Below the pieces are notes generated by a model. It ran no database searches and was not told where the DNA came from. It worked only from the letters and a program-made list of their open reading frames with translations. 64,000 nt of DNA. Source: Octopus bimaculoides. Taxonomy: Eukaryota. Below are positions 1 through 12,871 of the stretch, piece after piece. Where the stretch lies: the NCBI RefSeq assembly GCF_001194135.2, contig NC_069003.1:28357639-28421638 (forward strand), in the 5' to 3' direction. The position numbers and the translations under genes were made by a program. Each line of letters begins with the position of its first letter. Positions within the stretch are counted from its first letter, which is position 1.

Positions 1-375
1 TATATATATATATATATGTTAAATGCTTATATTATATGACATGCAAAAATGTACAATGTGTATTTGGACACAGAAGCGATATAACTTTCGTTATGTAGGA
101 TGTTGCCAGTCGTTTTAGAGAAAGTAAATACTTTAAACAAAAGCTAAAAAATAGCATTGTAATCAATTTTGCATACACACACATATGTCCACATACCTAC
201 GTAGACACATACTCACCCATTTATATCCATGTACATACGTTTCACTTAAAACCTTTATAACGTTATGTTTCATTGGCAAAAAAATAAACTATCACGTAAA
301 TAGAAAATGTTAATTTCTTTGGATAAGAATTTTATCCTCAGGTTTTAAATGAACGCATTATTTTCTACCATTTAT

Positions 376-693
376 AAGACTTACAATCATCAGGTAGTGA
401 GTTCGATTTCCTGACCGGGCTGTATGTTGTGTTCTTGAGCAAGACACTTCATTTAACGTTGCTCCAGTTCACTCAGTTGTAGAAATGAGTTGCTACGTCA
501 CTGATGCGAACATGTATCGGCCTTTGCTTTTCCCTTGGATAACATCGGTGGCGTGGAGAGAGGAAGCTGGTAGGCATGGGCGACTGCTAGTCTTCCATAA
601 ACAACCTTTCCCGGACTTATGCCTCAAATGGCAACTTTCTAGTTGCAATCCCACAGTCATTCATGACCGCAGTGGGTCTTTACCCTTTACTCT
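376..693 (+). mobile_element. SINE family C (tRNA-like head, GTGTTCTTGAGCAAGACACT central block)
   Basis: B-box-like GAGTTCGATTTCC then the block shared with copies at 58078-58189 and 32284-32613. Confidence 0.8.
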
Positions 694-771
694 TTAAAGC
701 TGTCGTAAATATGTGATTTCACCTCATGCTTTTGTGTGTGTGTGTTTACATATAGTTTCTATTGTGATGGC

Positions 772-938
772 GGCCATTGCAATGAAGTTACTGCAGTTCT
801 GAGTTCAAATTCAGCCGAGATAAACTTTACCTTTCATTCTTTCGGGGTCGATTAAATAAGTACCAGTTGAATACTGGGGTTGATGTAATCAACTTACACT
901 CTTTCCTCGAAGTTCATGGCATTGTGCCAAAATTTGAA
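772..938 (+). mobile_element. SINE family B (Deu/Nin-like central domain)
   Basis: GAGTTCAAAT B-box then CCTTTCATTCTTTCGGGGTCGATTAAATAAGTACCAG; matches 17742-17978. Confidence 0.8.
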
Positions 939-2161
939 TCTATATTATCAGTTACTGTCACACTCCGTTATTGTGCCTAACTCCGCTCTGATTATAATAA
1001 GCTGATCCTCATGATCAGCAACGTGGAAATTACAAAGACAGTCTTATAAGTATTCTGTACAGGGGAAACCTCAAATTACGTCGATAATTGGTTCCAAGAC
1101 ATGAGACTTAACTAGAAAAAAGACGTAACACGAAAAAAGCATTGTCAAAACTTTCTTATTGGCTTATACATTTCAATAGAAAGTTAGTACGTATTTTCAC
1201 ATGTAGTTTATTTGATTGTTCACTTCAGTATTGATGTTTAAGAGCTCTTTTAATTTTCATGCGTTTAAATATGTTTGCTGAGACCGACATAAGTCGAGCT
1301 GGGTCTTGTATTTTTTCCCACTAATTTCTTAAATAAAACAATATGAAGTCGAAAACGGTGTAACATGAACGACGAAAGTTGAGCTATGCTTGTACTGTAT
1401 AAATCAGACGCTTGGCTTCATAAGACAGTAAAGTACGTGGAAACTGTCGACAAATGAAATGCATGGTGTCTGTATATTTGTCAAAAAGCATTACATTTAT
1501 TTAATATTTAATTTACATTCAGCATTTATTATCAAATAATACATGTTGAAAATATTCGCTCGATTAAACAAGATTTAAATTCTTGGTATCCTTCCATAGA
1601 AATTACATTTCCTAAAACTCGTAATTAAATCTTGGTGAGTCCATAAAAATTTCGTTTCTTTGTACTTATCAATGACCTTGAACGATAGTATGGTGCCCTT
1701 TTTTTAAATCCAAAAAAGAAACAGTCACGTCAGCTGTAAAGATTCGATAAATTCCTTGAGGCGCCAAAAAGATAAGCTGATAATGTGTAGGCGACAAATC
1801 TACAGATATATTGACACGTGACCAAACAATTTTCACTAACTTTTTTTCTTAGTAAGGCAGCTAGAGAATTGAAGTTCAAAAGACAATTAATGATTCGCAT
1901 CTGAACAGCATTTTAGCCAACATTTCTTCCTATTTTTATATAAAGTAAATACATGAAAAAATTAATAAATGAATTTATTCTCAATGGGTGCCCCCTTATA
2001 CAAATATTTACGTTTGCCGGAATTTTATCTTCTATACTTTTCCTCATTTCCATTTTCACAAAAAGCATTTTTATAACAGTTTGAATGGGTTTTATTCTTG
2101 TTTGTTCGGCTTTATAAAATATTTACTTTGCTGCTTTTTCTCACTGGGAATACGTTAGTGT

Positions 2162-2164
<3 letters not shown>

Positions 2165-2219
<55 letters not shown>

Positions 2220-2454
2220 TATACATACATACACATGCATGCATACATACATACATACGTAGATATATATAGATATGAAATATAACACGGAAACTAGCAC
2301 ATTATGCATATCTATCTATCTATCTATCTTTCTATCTATCTATCTATCTGCATACATATGTGCTATACATGAATGTAATTAAGTACGTTATGTGGTATGT
2401 GTGTGTGTGTATATATTATATATATTATATATATATTATGTGTGTGTGAATATG

Positions 2455-2490
<36 letters not shown>

Positions 2491-2503
2491 TCATTTACTA
2501 TTT

Positions 2504-2542
<39 letters not shown>

Positions 2543-2715
2543 GTATGTATGTGTATATAACACACACAACACAATATGTATCTAATCATATACATGTATG
2601 CAAATAGATAGATAAATATACATAATGAGCTAGTGTCTGTGTATGTTATATTTCATATCTATATATATATACGTACGTATATATGTATATATGCATATGT
2701 ATGTATGTATGTTTT
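2165..2715. repeat. Compound microsatellite (CA)n/(TACA)n/(TATC)n/(TA)n
   Basis: Directly visible. Confidence 0.95.
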
Positions 2716-3124
2716 TGTGTATTTTTAAATAATGGCCAGCAACTAAATGCTCAGACAAAATGACGAGGTAAAATTTCAACCTCTTCCGGAATTTGAACTA
2801 AATTGATTATTGACATCAAATCTATCAGATCATGTAGTTACATACGCAGTTTCAATTATTATTTCGTTTATATTTCTTTTTCTCACTGGAAATAAAACGC
2901 TATATATAGTGGATGTATGTATGTATGTATGTATGTATGTGTATAATATATATATATATATATATATATAGATATATATTTCGTTTTGGGATTTGGTTTG
3001 CAAGATTCTTTATGTGAGTTCGTGTGTTGAAGCATATTCTGTTGTGTCTGGGGAGAGTCATTCTCTTTTAGTGCCTTATAATTTAACACACTCACCGGTA
3101 AAATTTCCACTTATTTCTTTTTTA

Positions 3125-3166
3125 TTTTTCTAAAATTTTCGTTGCGTCTTGCAACGTTTTCAATAG
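3125..3166 (-). ncRNA. Degenerate hammerhead-like motif
   Basis: Minus strand: TTGAAAA-C-GTTGC-aagac-GCAAC-GAAAATTTT-A. Stem II and palindromic stem III are present, but the core has two substitutions versus CTGANGA and there is no stem I. Confidence 0.3.
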
Positions 3167-5559
3167 GTTCTCCTACAGCTATAGAAATGGGACATTAACC
3201 ATGTTTTTGTCGCCGGTCTCGAAGAGCCTTCGAAAGCCATGGACACAACCCTTTCTTCTTAATATAAAGTGTTTGAAATAATTCCAGAATATTTGTAGTT
3301 ACAAATATAACTTATGCTATGTCATTTCCCTTATATCACCAAGAATGCAATATTTCATGTTATCATATAACAAATTATGTGATATATAATCTTTGGTATA
3401 CAAGGATAACAATTATATATATCACGTAAACAGTTAGACGCATGGGGAGTATTTTGTTGTTCGGATAACTGATCCGCTGTAAAACAAAGAAAGTCATACT
3501 GAGCAGAATTACATTAAGAAGCATTTTCACAGAGTTTTTATGTAACTGAATCAATACAATCAGAAGAAACACTGGGCATTGCTTAAAAATTCATTGCATT
3601 TTACAAATAAAATCCATTATGTGTCTTTCAAATAAGAAAAACACGGAAATTCAAGGAAGTATGACGTAATTACAAATTATATTTGTGTATTTGTAGAGGA
3701 AATTCACAAAGTTCATCAAAGATGTTGACGAAAAGGTATAAACTTAACGCAATCGAATTTATATTGTACTTCATATCATTTCCTTGAAAGTCTCAAACTG
3801 TCGAAAGTTTCCGTAATATAAAACTGGAAGTGGTATCAATTTCTGATTATATTTAATATCCAAAATGTCCGTACTTACTCGCTGGTCTTCTATGATTGTG
3901 CTGATAATCAGATCGTCTAAGTGTTTTTGTTGCGATGTCACTATCAAACTTAGACTTCGATCTTAGCCTCTCTGTAGTCTTCTAATTCCAGATGTTTGCA
4001 GTTCTTGATGATTTCAATCGTTACTCTTTGATTTGGTCACTATCCTCTTTACTGTCATGTCTACCAACACACAAGTCATTAAACCAACAATCTGACCGTT
4101 GACGGCTTGATACGTTCTCGAGAATTTGAGATCCCCACCAAACGTGCTCATGACTGCGAATATCTTATTTGCAGTAATTCTTTGTTTTGTCTTCAATGAC
4201 GATGACATGCAACATGTTACGGCTATAATATTTCTTTATAGTTGCGACTATTCCTGGTTGAGCGACTGTGGCATTGAGGTTTATCGAGCAGACTATCGTT
4301 ATATACCGCTTTTCATAATATGCTTCTTTGCAGTGTTGCAACTTTTGAATGAGACTATATCACTGGCTTGGACGGTAGGTCAACAAAAATTTTTGAAATA
4401 CTGTAATCCTGCAAATAATACACTATGATTTGACATGTGTTGTTTCTCTAGCATGGATTCTTTCATGAAAATTGATAGCTTTTTTTTGTAGCTGCAGACT
4501 AAAGGCAAGAAACTCCATTTTACGTTGCTGTAAAAGCCACAAAAAATACGAGCTGCTCATCTTTTACTGACTCCATAGAATTTCTTTTTAATGCATGTGA
4601 ACTTTCATTTTGATTGATATATTTTCCAGTTGGTCTGTAAAGCTATTGTAATAGCGACAAACTCGACTACTTGTATCGGACACGTAATCGGAATAAACTC
4701 GTAGAGTGAATGAACGCACCAATGATTTGGAATTCATTAAATCTTTCACTATGTTAGTTATTTGCGTTTGTTGAATTTATTTTAACACGATTTAAAGTGA
4801 CTGAAACAAAGCTAGCGGATCGACTGGCTGACCAGCTGACTGGTAAGTATAAACAGAAGACTTTCCTATTACGGTTTTTAAAATTATCTTCAGCCATTCA
4901 AAAGACGAATTGATTGTACCAGCATTGATCCTACGTTAAAGTTATACTCAATATGGTTAATTAAACCATTCAAAGTACATTAACATTTTGTTTGGATAAT
5001 CTGAAATTCGGTTAATAGATTGTTCGAATGACCGAGATTTAGCTGTATCTCACAATAATTTGCATACTAATTTGTAGATCTTACTATTGCATACATTAAT
5101 GAATGCATTGAAAAAAAATTACGAAGTATAAATAATAAAGAATATAAAAAATTATAAATACTATATAAAAGAATATTTATAAGGTGATTATTTCCTTCAA
5201 ATTGAAGTTAATTTATTCAGATTAGATGATAATAGTTGCTAAGACGAAATAGAATCAGCTGCAAAAGCGATTAACTTTAACAACAAAGGAACTTATGTTT
5301 TCATTTATCGGAACATAGACAGAATTGTTAGATTGACCGAAGAGATTCAACACATTTACAGAAATAACACGCCATAACTCATAAACGAGTGTCACAGAAT
5401 CCGTATAATACATATGCACACAATCGTACGTATGTATTCACAAGTACATATGTACACACTGGAGCGCGCATGCACACATATTATTTATTATTAAAAACAG
5501 TTTGATTCGGTTGCATGCGACCTAAAGTTAGGCTTCTTACAGGAAGTTAGGTCATTGGC

Positions 5560-5595
<36 letters not shown>

Positions 5596-5800
5596 NNNNN
5601 NNNNNNNNNNNNNNNNNNNNNNNNNNNNNNNNNNNNNNNNNNNNNNNNNNNNNNNNNNNNNNNNNNNNNNNNNNNNNNNNNNNNNNNNNNNNNNNNNNNN
5701 NNNNNNNNNNNNNNNNNNNNNNNNNNNNNNNNNNNNNNNNNNNNNNNNNNNNNNNNNNNNNNNNNNNNNNNNNNNNNNNNNNNNNNNNNNNNNNNNNNNN

Positions 5801-5838
<38 letters not shown>

Positions 5839-6546
5839 ATTAGACGAGTACCCTGTATAAAGAAGTAGCATCATGCACCAACATCACTTCACCAAGATGA
5901 CGAAGTCTTTAAAGATTTAGCAACCATATTGATGAGAAACTTCGGATCTTTACAATTTCAAATACATTGTAAGGAATTCGTGTAAAATATAAAATGAAAT
6001 AAAATAAAACATAATAACTTTGATGGAATAAATGTCTCAACTTGAATATATTCATGATTTCTTTTATTAAACTTTTGACTGGAGTCACATTTAGAACTGT
6101 GCTGAGTCGACGCTGTCCATCTGTCAATGACTCAAAAACAAGTACAGTTTACTTCTGAAATTAGCGGAAGTACTGTATAAAGAGGAATGTTTTAGTAAGT
6201 TCCTAATGGTGTAGGATTCAAATTCCGTCATAAATTTAGCTTGAGAAAGGATAGGTTTCGTCACGATTACGTTCCACAGACAAATCAACTGAAGGGGAAC
6301 GTCTTCCTTATACCATCCTGTACGAGGTTTATATTAAGAATTTAAAAGACCATGACTGACGAGAAGCGGGGGAGACGAATGAGTCAGAAGTCTCTAAGTG
6401 GAAGATGAACAAAATTAGTAATCGCTGAGGAGAAGAGATCATAATTGTCTGAGTGAGGAAACGCAGCGCCTATGGTCGGCAGAAGAAATTTCATAGAAGT
6501 TTTCCGCAGTTAAAAAGATTTCAATAAAAAGATCATCCATTCCCAC

Positions 6547-6603
6547 CAACTACTAACTCTTTACAAAGTGCAGGTGAGACCTAAAATGGAATATTGTTCA
6601 CAT
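6547..6603 (+). mobile_element. CR1/L2-group LINE RT C-terminal fragment
   Basis: Translates QLLTLYKVQVRPKMEYCSH, like the LYKAQxRPxxEYCSHIW motif. Confidence 0.7.
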
Positions 6604-6659
6604 CACGTTCTTTTTATATACGAAACTCATATACGAAGGACATTATATATAAAGTGTGT

Positions 6660-6790
6660 CGTGAAAGGCCTGGTTGGAGGCCAGACCTTCCGAATTCTTT
6701 CACAGGGTTTAGAAAAACTGAAGGGCCGTTGCAATAAGTATGTGAATCAGAGAAGGGAATATGAATATGTTGAGTAAAATCATAATTAAG
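6660..6790 (+). mobile_element. mariner transposase 3' remnant
   Basis: SQGLEKLKGRCNKYVNQRREY..YVE* resembles mariner GIxKLxxRWxKCVxxxGxYVE*. Confidence 0.6.
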
Positions 6791-6853
6791 TGATCCTCCT
6801 GTAATTTCTTTTACCCATCTATGTCACATAGGTAGTCCGGCGCACATCATAAG

Positions 6854-7070
6854 TTTAGAGCAAAGATTTTTGCCAACATAACATGGTAGTCCTTGTTTAG
6901 GACGAATGTTGCTGTAATTTAGCCCCAGGAGAAAACTTCTCCAGCTGGCTATACGACACAGACCATGTCGTATAGCCAGCTGGAGACGATGTCTCCTGGG
7001 GCTAAATTACAGCAACATTCGTCCTCAACCAGGACTGCCATGTTATGTTGGCAAAAATCTTTACTCCAAA
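6854..7070. repeat. Fold-back element, about 105-bp inverted arms with 7-nt loop
   Basis: Arms are reverse complements around CAGACCA (6959-6965) with roughly 10 mismatches. Confidence 0.95.
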
Positions 7071-8472
7071 GTACTGTTGCTGAATATCTCGTTGTGAGAT
7101 TTAAAAATAGTAATTTTCTATCATAAATTTAGTTATACAATGTTATTCGTCTAGTACTTTGTTTCCGCCAGGCTAAGGACCAAACTGCACACTTGAACAC
7201 GCAGTGGTGAGGCGTATAGACTGTAGTGTAGCAGTCTTATTGATTGCAGTATATAGATTCTGGTTAGTGGCCACAATGGTGGATGGCAAAGGTGGACTCT
7301 GACAGTGTAGTAATTGCTGTTTACATAACAGTATCGGCAAAGCATCAAACTAGGAACACAACGCAGCCTTGTCCTGCTGAGTCCTTTTTCATCGAAACGA
7401 CGAAAGAGTCCAATATTGATGTACAAATATGTGGTAGTAAATATCCGCGGAACAAAAGAAAGGAGGGAGAGAAAGAGAGGCGATAGATAGATAAAGAAAA
7501 TGCGGAAGAGAGAGATAGAGAGAGAGAGAGAGAGTGATGATATGGGTGTGACAGTTGAAGGATTGCACTTTCAAGGTTGCTGTCTATCATTAACCTTTAC
7601 TGATGTCAAAACCTTTGCATGTACTTTAGTGTATTTATAACTGTAAATACTCCTAAATTAACATTATAGACATAGCATTAAGTATAATATAGAACACTGA
7701 ATAGAGAATAGCAATTCTATAAAAGAATTATTTTTAAACTTTGTCTAATATAAATTTGGGGGTTTACCCCCAAGAGAGAGAACATGTAGGCCGACAACAG
7801 AAGTTTATAAGCACACAGAAATGAACATATATCCCGCACACAGCTGCTCATCTGACACCTACACACACACGCACATACACGCGTACACACACACGCGCGG
7901 ACACACTCATATACACACACACTCACACACACACATTAATGCATTCAAATGTGAACATGTGTGCACGTAAGTTTTGGTTCATGGCTGTTTCTGAGTTAAC
8001 TGCGACATTATATTATTAATTCTTCAAAATATGAAATATGATATCAGAAACTGTGGAAAGTTTTTTCCCCCATGCGACTAGCGACTGACTGTGCTAGACA
8101 TCACATTATAGGTTTGGATGTTTTCACAATCTGATATAATATGTATGTCTTAAAAGTACTTTATAACTAATTGAGAGGGGGGAAAAACAACAACATATTT
8201 GCAGTGTAAATAAAAAGTGCTACCAATTGCAACTCAGCTATTTGGAAGCACTGTAGCCGGAGTTAAAGTGTAAAATAAATAGGGAAGTCAGCGTTAACTC
8301 GCTTCATCTGCTGAACACTATGTTTCTTTTTCTTTTGTCGTGTTTCTCGAATAATGATGAAAGGAATGCTGGGCCACAAAAAAAACACCCCAAAAACAGT
8401 GGACTTTCCTGACCTCGTCATCGTAGCCAATTCAGAGAAAGATGGATATACATACATACATACATACATACA

Positions 8473-8506
<34 letters not shown>

Positions 8507-8589
8507 CATACATACATACATAAATAAATATATATATATATATATATANNNNNNNNNNAACTTATAAATAAGGGCAAAAGAAAAAAAAT

Positions 8590-8925
8590 TCTATGCCAAA
8601 TCACGCCCAGCCATCTAGTGCCGGGCCTACCACAAGGCCTCTTCCTGCTCACAGATGCGGCGTCGAATGGGAATAAAGCCCCGAAGGGATGATCTCGTGG
8701 GACACGGCGGACATGTTCGTATCAGCGCATGCGACAGATAGCTATGAGGTGGGAGGCTGCGGGCTGATACTTGTGCGCACGCGATTCTTTGTTGTAAACA
8801 TGATGGCACCGTCAGATGTTCTCGATGGTTTTCAGGGCTCTACTATCGAAGCCGTCGATAGTTTTTGTCAGGCCCCTCGAGAAGGGTTACGTTTCTGTTC
8901 CATAGAGGAAAATGGACTTTTATGC
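8590..8925 (-). mobile_element. RTE-clade LINE RT C-terminal remnant
   Basis: Minus: SIFLYGTET*, IDGFDSRALKTIENI*, MR*YEHVRR, RKRPCGRPGTRWL, matching RTE LLYGxETW / LRWxGHV / RGRPxxRW motifs; stops and frameshifts. Confidence 0.8.
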
Positions 8926-8994
8926 TAACTATCGCTTCTAGAGATACTTAGCATAAAAGTAGTGAAATTCTGACCAGTTGCCTCATTTAAAATG

Positions 8995-9390
8995 CCATAG
9001 AGTCCAGCGGGGATGTGAGGTGGAGCGTTGACTTCGAGACGGTAATGGATTGGTAGAGAATGAGTTTGGAATGAGAAAGCGACCAAGAGTGTTTGTGTGT
9101 CAGTGAGACATGTACGTAGCGGATGAAACTAATTATTGTAAAGACCTAAGGATTGCGAAAGATTCGGTTTCTACTCTGGCAGTAAGACTGGTGGTGGGTG
9201 AGTCACTAAGGACTATGACTTGGTAGAGAGGTGAAGTAAGCTTGATGTCCTTAAGTCTGGGGGAGATATCACCGAAGAGATGTTGGTGGTTGAAGTAGTT
9301 CGGAGAGTGAGAGAAGAAGCAGATATATTTAAAAAAGTAGGAGAATGATGAAGGGTATAAGCATGAGGGACGTAGAGGTTTAACTCTCAC
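8995..9390 (-). mobile_element. CR1/L2-group LINE endonuclease (APE) remnant
   Basis: Minus: VIVLSD (cf. GDFN), ESFAILRSLQ*LVSS, NTLGRFL (cf. NTLDLFL), WTLW. Confidence 0.55.
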
Positions 9391-9829
9391 TCTTTATGTA
9401 TCTGTCTAATAATTTAAAATTGTAAATTACTGTAGCGGTTTTGCGTTTCATTTCATGTAATACATATGAAAGATAAATTTACAGAATTTGTCTACATAAT
9501 GTATTTTTAGAGGAAAATAATTTGAAGTTATGAAAAATAATTTTAAACAAATGAAACAAAAGCTTGCAGAAATGCTTTTAGAATTGCTGACTTGTCAGTC
9601 GAATACTAGAAGTGGTATTATATGTTTTTGCATAACGTTTTAAATATCCTATGTTAGGTTTGTGTATGTTTTAGAGTAAACCAAACATTTCTTAAATTAC
9701 TTGCTGTAATTTTCTTCGAGAAGCACAGTGGAGGAGTGGAAATTAAGGCAATGAAATTGAGTCTCTGCTGTAGTTTCTATTCTCACTTGGTCCAATCTCT
9801 CTTTACTTTACACATTGAGTATTCTTGGT

Positions 9830-10140
9830 GAAGGATTTGAACGTTGTGCAATATCATTACCGTCATCTGATAAGCTTGGAAAAAACGAAACAACGTGGAA
9901 GCCTCTACGTGTTCGCTCCACTTTCTAGAAATAGCAGCTAAATATATCTTACATCAAATTGAGCTGTCTTAAAGAAAAGGTGCTACTGTGTATCTAGTCC
10001 GAATCAGCTTCGATTAAACAAAATTAGAAGTCCAGCTGTGATTACTCGGTCAAGTTTTTCAGATTTGGCGTGCCCTGCACAAAATTATTCAGTCTTTTAA
10101 GATTTTAGGAAGTGATTTTGCTGCTGTTTCTAGCAGGTCA
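9830..10140. mobile_element. Two head-to-head degenerate copies of repeat family E (CTAGAAATAGCAGC core)
   Basis: TCTAGAAATAGCAGC near 9925 and inverted GCTGCTGTTTCTAGCAGG near 10120; motif recurs near 10545, 25080, 44935, 45910, 63660, 63880. Confidence 0.55.
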
Positions 10141-10539
10141 GATGTAGATGCTCTCTCGTTGTCATGTGGTTAAAAGATATATGTCATGTGGTTCTGGTTG
10201 AGATAGAGGGACAGAAATTATTTGTTTGATTAAGAGAGAGAGAGAAGAAGAGAGAGAAAGCGAGAGAGAGAGAGAAAGAGGAGGGAGTGGGAGTGGTGGG
10301 GAGAGTGATTAAAGAAATACTGTCAGTAATTTGTTGTCTCAGACGAGTCTGTATTAATATCTGCAAACTTTGCTTCTAATATCACCACTTTTTATTAACA
10401 CAAAGCAATATATTTACTTCGTATTTGAGACATAACATATTCGGCCTCCAACTACAACCCATCCCCGCTGTCCAGGATACAGAGTATATTCTGGCTTCTA
10501 TTTCTAGTGAGCCAAATAAGAAGACTGAATGTGGTTGCT

Positions 10540-10733
10540 GGATTTGCTACAAATAGCAGTCAAATACTTTTGAAATCCTTTCCTGCTGTCTTAAAAATGG
10601 AAATATCACATTACACAATATCATCCCAGATAACCCTAAAAAAAAGTGGGATAGTCATGACTGAAACATCACTATATGTCTGCTCGAACAGAGCTGACAT
10701 GAGGTTAAAACTCAACAACAACTTCCAAAACGT
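10540..10733 (+). mobile_element. Repeat family E copy ending in (CAA)n tail (SINE-like)
   Basis: AAATAGCAGTCAAA...CTGCTCGAACAGAGCTGAC...CAACAACAAC. Confidence 0.5.
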
Positions 10734-11597
10734 GCCTTCTTCGTTAACTTGGAATTCACTCTTTCCATCACCCATCTTTCCCAGCTTGCAGTTTGCAGTA
10801 AAGACTACCAGATGTTCTCTTCTTCTTCCACCTCTTGTATTGCTCTCTGAAGTCCCTCGTCTACTCGACTGTTTTACATCATGCATTGAGTGTATCTACC
10901 TCACTTCACCTAACTTTACTTCACCTTACTTATGTCTCTGAAGTTACATCAACCTGCACAAGGTTCGAGGTCATTCATATCAGTTTTAGAGAGTTAGTAA
11001 ATGCTACACTGACTGTACCCTATCTACTGAGTAAAATATAATAACATGGAAAATCAAGAAAAAAAAAATTGAAACAAGTGATTAAATAGTTATCAAAGCA
11101 TGTACATATTTATGGACACACCTGATTTTATCTAAATACAACATTCAATGTTCACATAAAACGATAACACTGCTGATAAACCTAAAATATCTACCCACTA
11201 AATGTTAAAAGAAGTAGCGAAAGGATTACCATTTCATCTGGTGAGAAATGTTCGTGATATCAACGGAACGTGTCCAAATGCTAGAAGACTCACCCAAACA
11301 TAGTGTACATAATTTTCGTATCTCCAAGATAGAACAGAGACAGGGCGTTAACCCGCCGAACATAATTCTGTGCAGCATTTCTTACGGATCTTTACGTTCA
11401 GAGATCAAATCTCATTGAGATCAACCTTGCATCTTCCCTCAAATTTTCAGGCCGTCTTTATAGTAGAAAGAATTATTATCATCATCCTCATTATGTTATT
11501 TTCTCTGAGTAGAGTTCAGAGTAGTGCTCTACACATCTTTTTCTCAATTACTTAAATGCTTAGTATACATGCATGTATACGTACGTAGGTACGTACA

Positions 11598-11636
<39 letters not shown>

Positions 11637-11789
11637 AACTTTTTAACCACATATGCCTGTGCCCTTGAGTCGTTTTAAGCAAACTACAAAGGCAAAACGA
11701 TATAGAAGCATGCTTTTCCGACAAAATGTATAAAATGCTCACATCTTTTATTAACAAAACAATTTATTTAAAATTTTAATACTTATCAC

Positions 11790-11996
11790 TGTAGGAATAT
11801 GGCGTGAAATTTTGGAGAAGGGTTTTAATCGACTAAATCGACCCAGTGCTCAACTGGTATTTATTTCATCGACCTCGAAAGGATGAAAGAAAGTCGACAA
11901 CACTGGAATTTCAAATCAGAACGCAGAGACGGACGATATGCCGCTAAGCATTTTGTCCGGCGTGCTAACGATTCTGCCAGCAAACTGCCACCTTAT
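11790..11996 (-). mobile_element. SINE family B
   Basis: Colinear similarity to 17742-17978. Confidence 0.85.
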
Positions 11997-12448
11997 TTAA
12001 AACCATAATGGTATAAGTTTTATACTGATTCTTGTTTACTGAGTCGCTCAACAACTAATGCAGTAAGAGTGCAATCATATTTCTATATATAGCAAAGAGA
12101 AACAAGAGGGCATTTCTCGGTCTTTTGCAAGGAAAACATACTCGGTTATCAGTCATTTTACAACGTGTTGAGCAAATGTTGGATAACTGCTCCTTTTAAA
12201 ATGAAATTGATACTTATTGAACAACTTGTTTTTTCCTGAAGATTATTTGATATTCTTTTATCAGTTAAACAAGTTTGAAGGTTATTATTTTTATTTTTTT
12301 AAATCTCATACGCGAAATTCATGCAATGATCTTCAAAATGCTAATGTTTATCTTATCAGAACTGCAGTCCTATACAGAAAATTTGAGGTTAAAATAAATT
12401 CTTCTGACATTTATTGCAGCAATAATTTATTTTTTTTATAGAGTAACA

Positions 12449-12871
12449 GGCGTAGGAGTGGCTGTGTGGTAAGTAGCTTGCTTACCAACCACATAGTTCC
12501 GGGTTCAGTCCCACTGCGTGGCACCTTGGGCAAGTGTCTTCTACTATAGCCTCGGGCCAACCAAAACCTTGTGAGTGGATTTGGTAGACGGAAACTGAAA
12601 GAAGCTCGTCGTATATGTATATATATATATATGTATGTGTGTGTATATGTTTGTGTGTCTGTGTTTGTCCCCCCAACATCGCTTGACAACCGATGGTGGT
12701 GTGTTTACGTCCCAGTAACTTAGCGGTTCGGCAAAAAAGACCGATAGAATAAGTACTGGGCTTACAAAGAATAAGTTCTGGGGTCGATTAGCTCGACTAA
12801 AAGGCGGTGCTGCAGCATGGCCACAGTCAAATGACTGAAACAAGTAAAAGAGTAAAAGAGTAAAAGAGTAA
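12449..12871 (+). mobile_element. SINE family A, near full length, with 9-bp TSD AGAGTAACA
   Basis: tRNA-like head with A/B boxes, internal TA/TG microsatellite, (AAAGAGT)n tail; near-identical copy at 36570-36993; TSD at 12440-12448 and 12865-12873. Confidence 0.92.
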
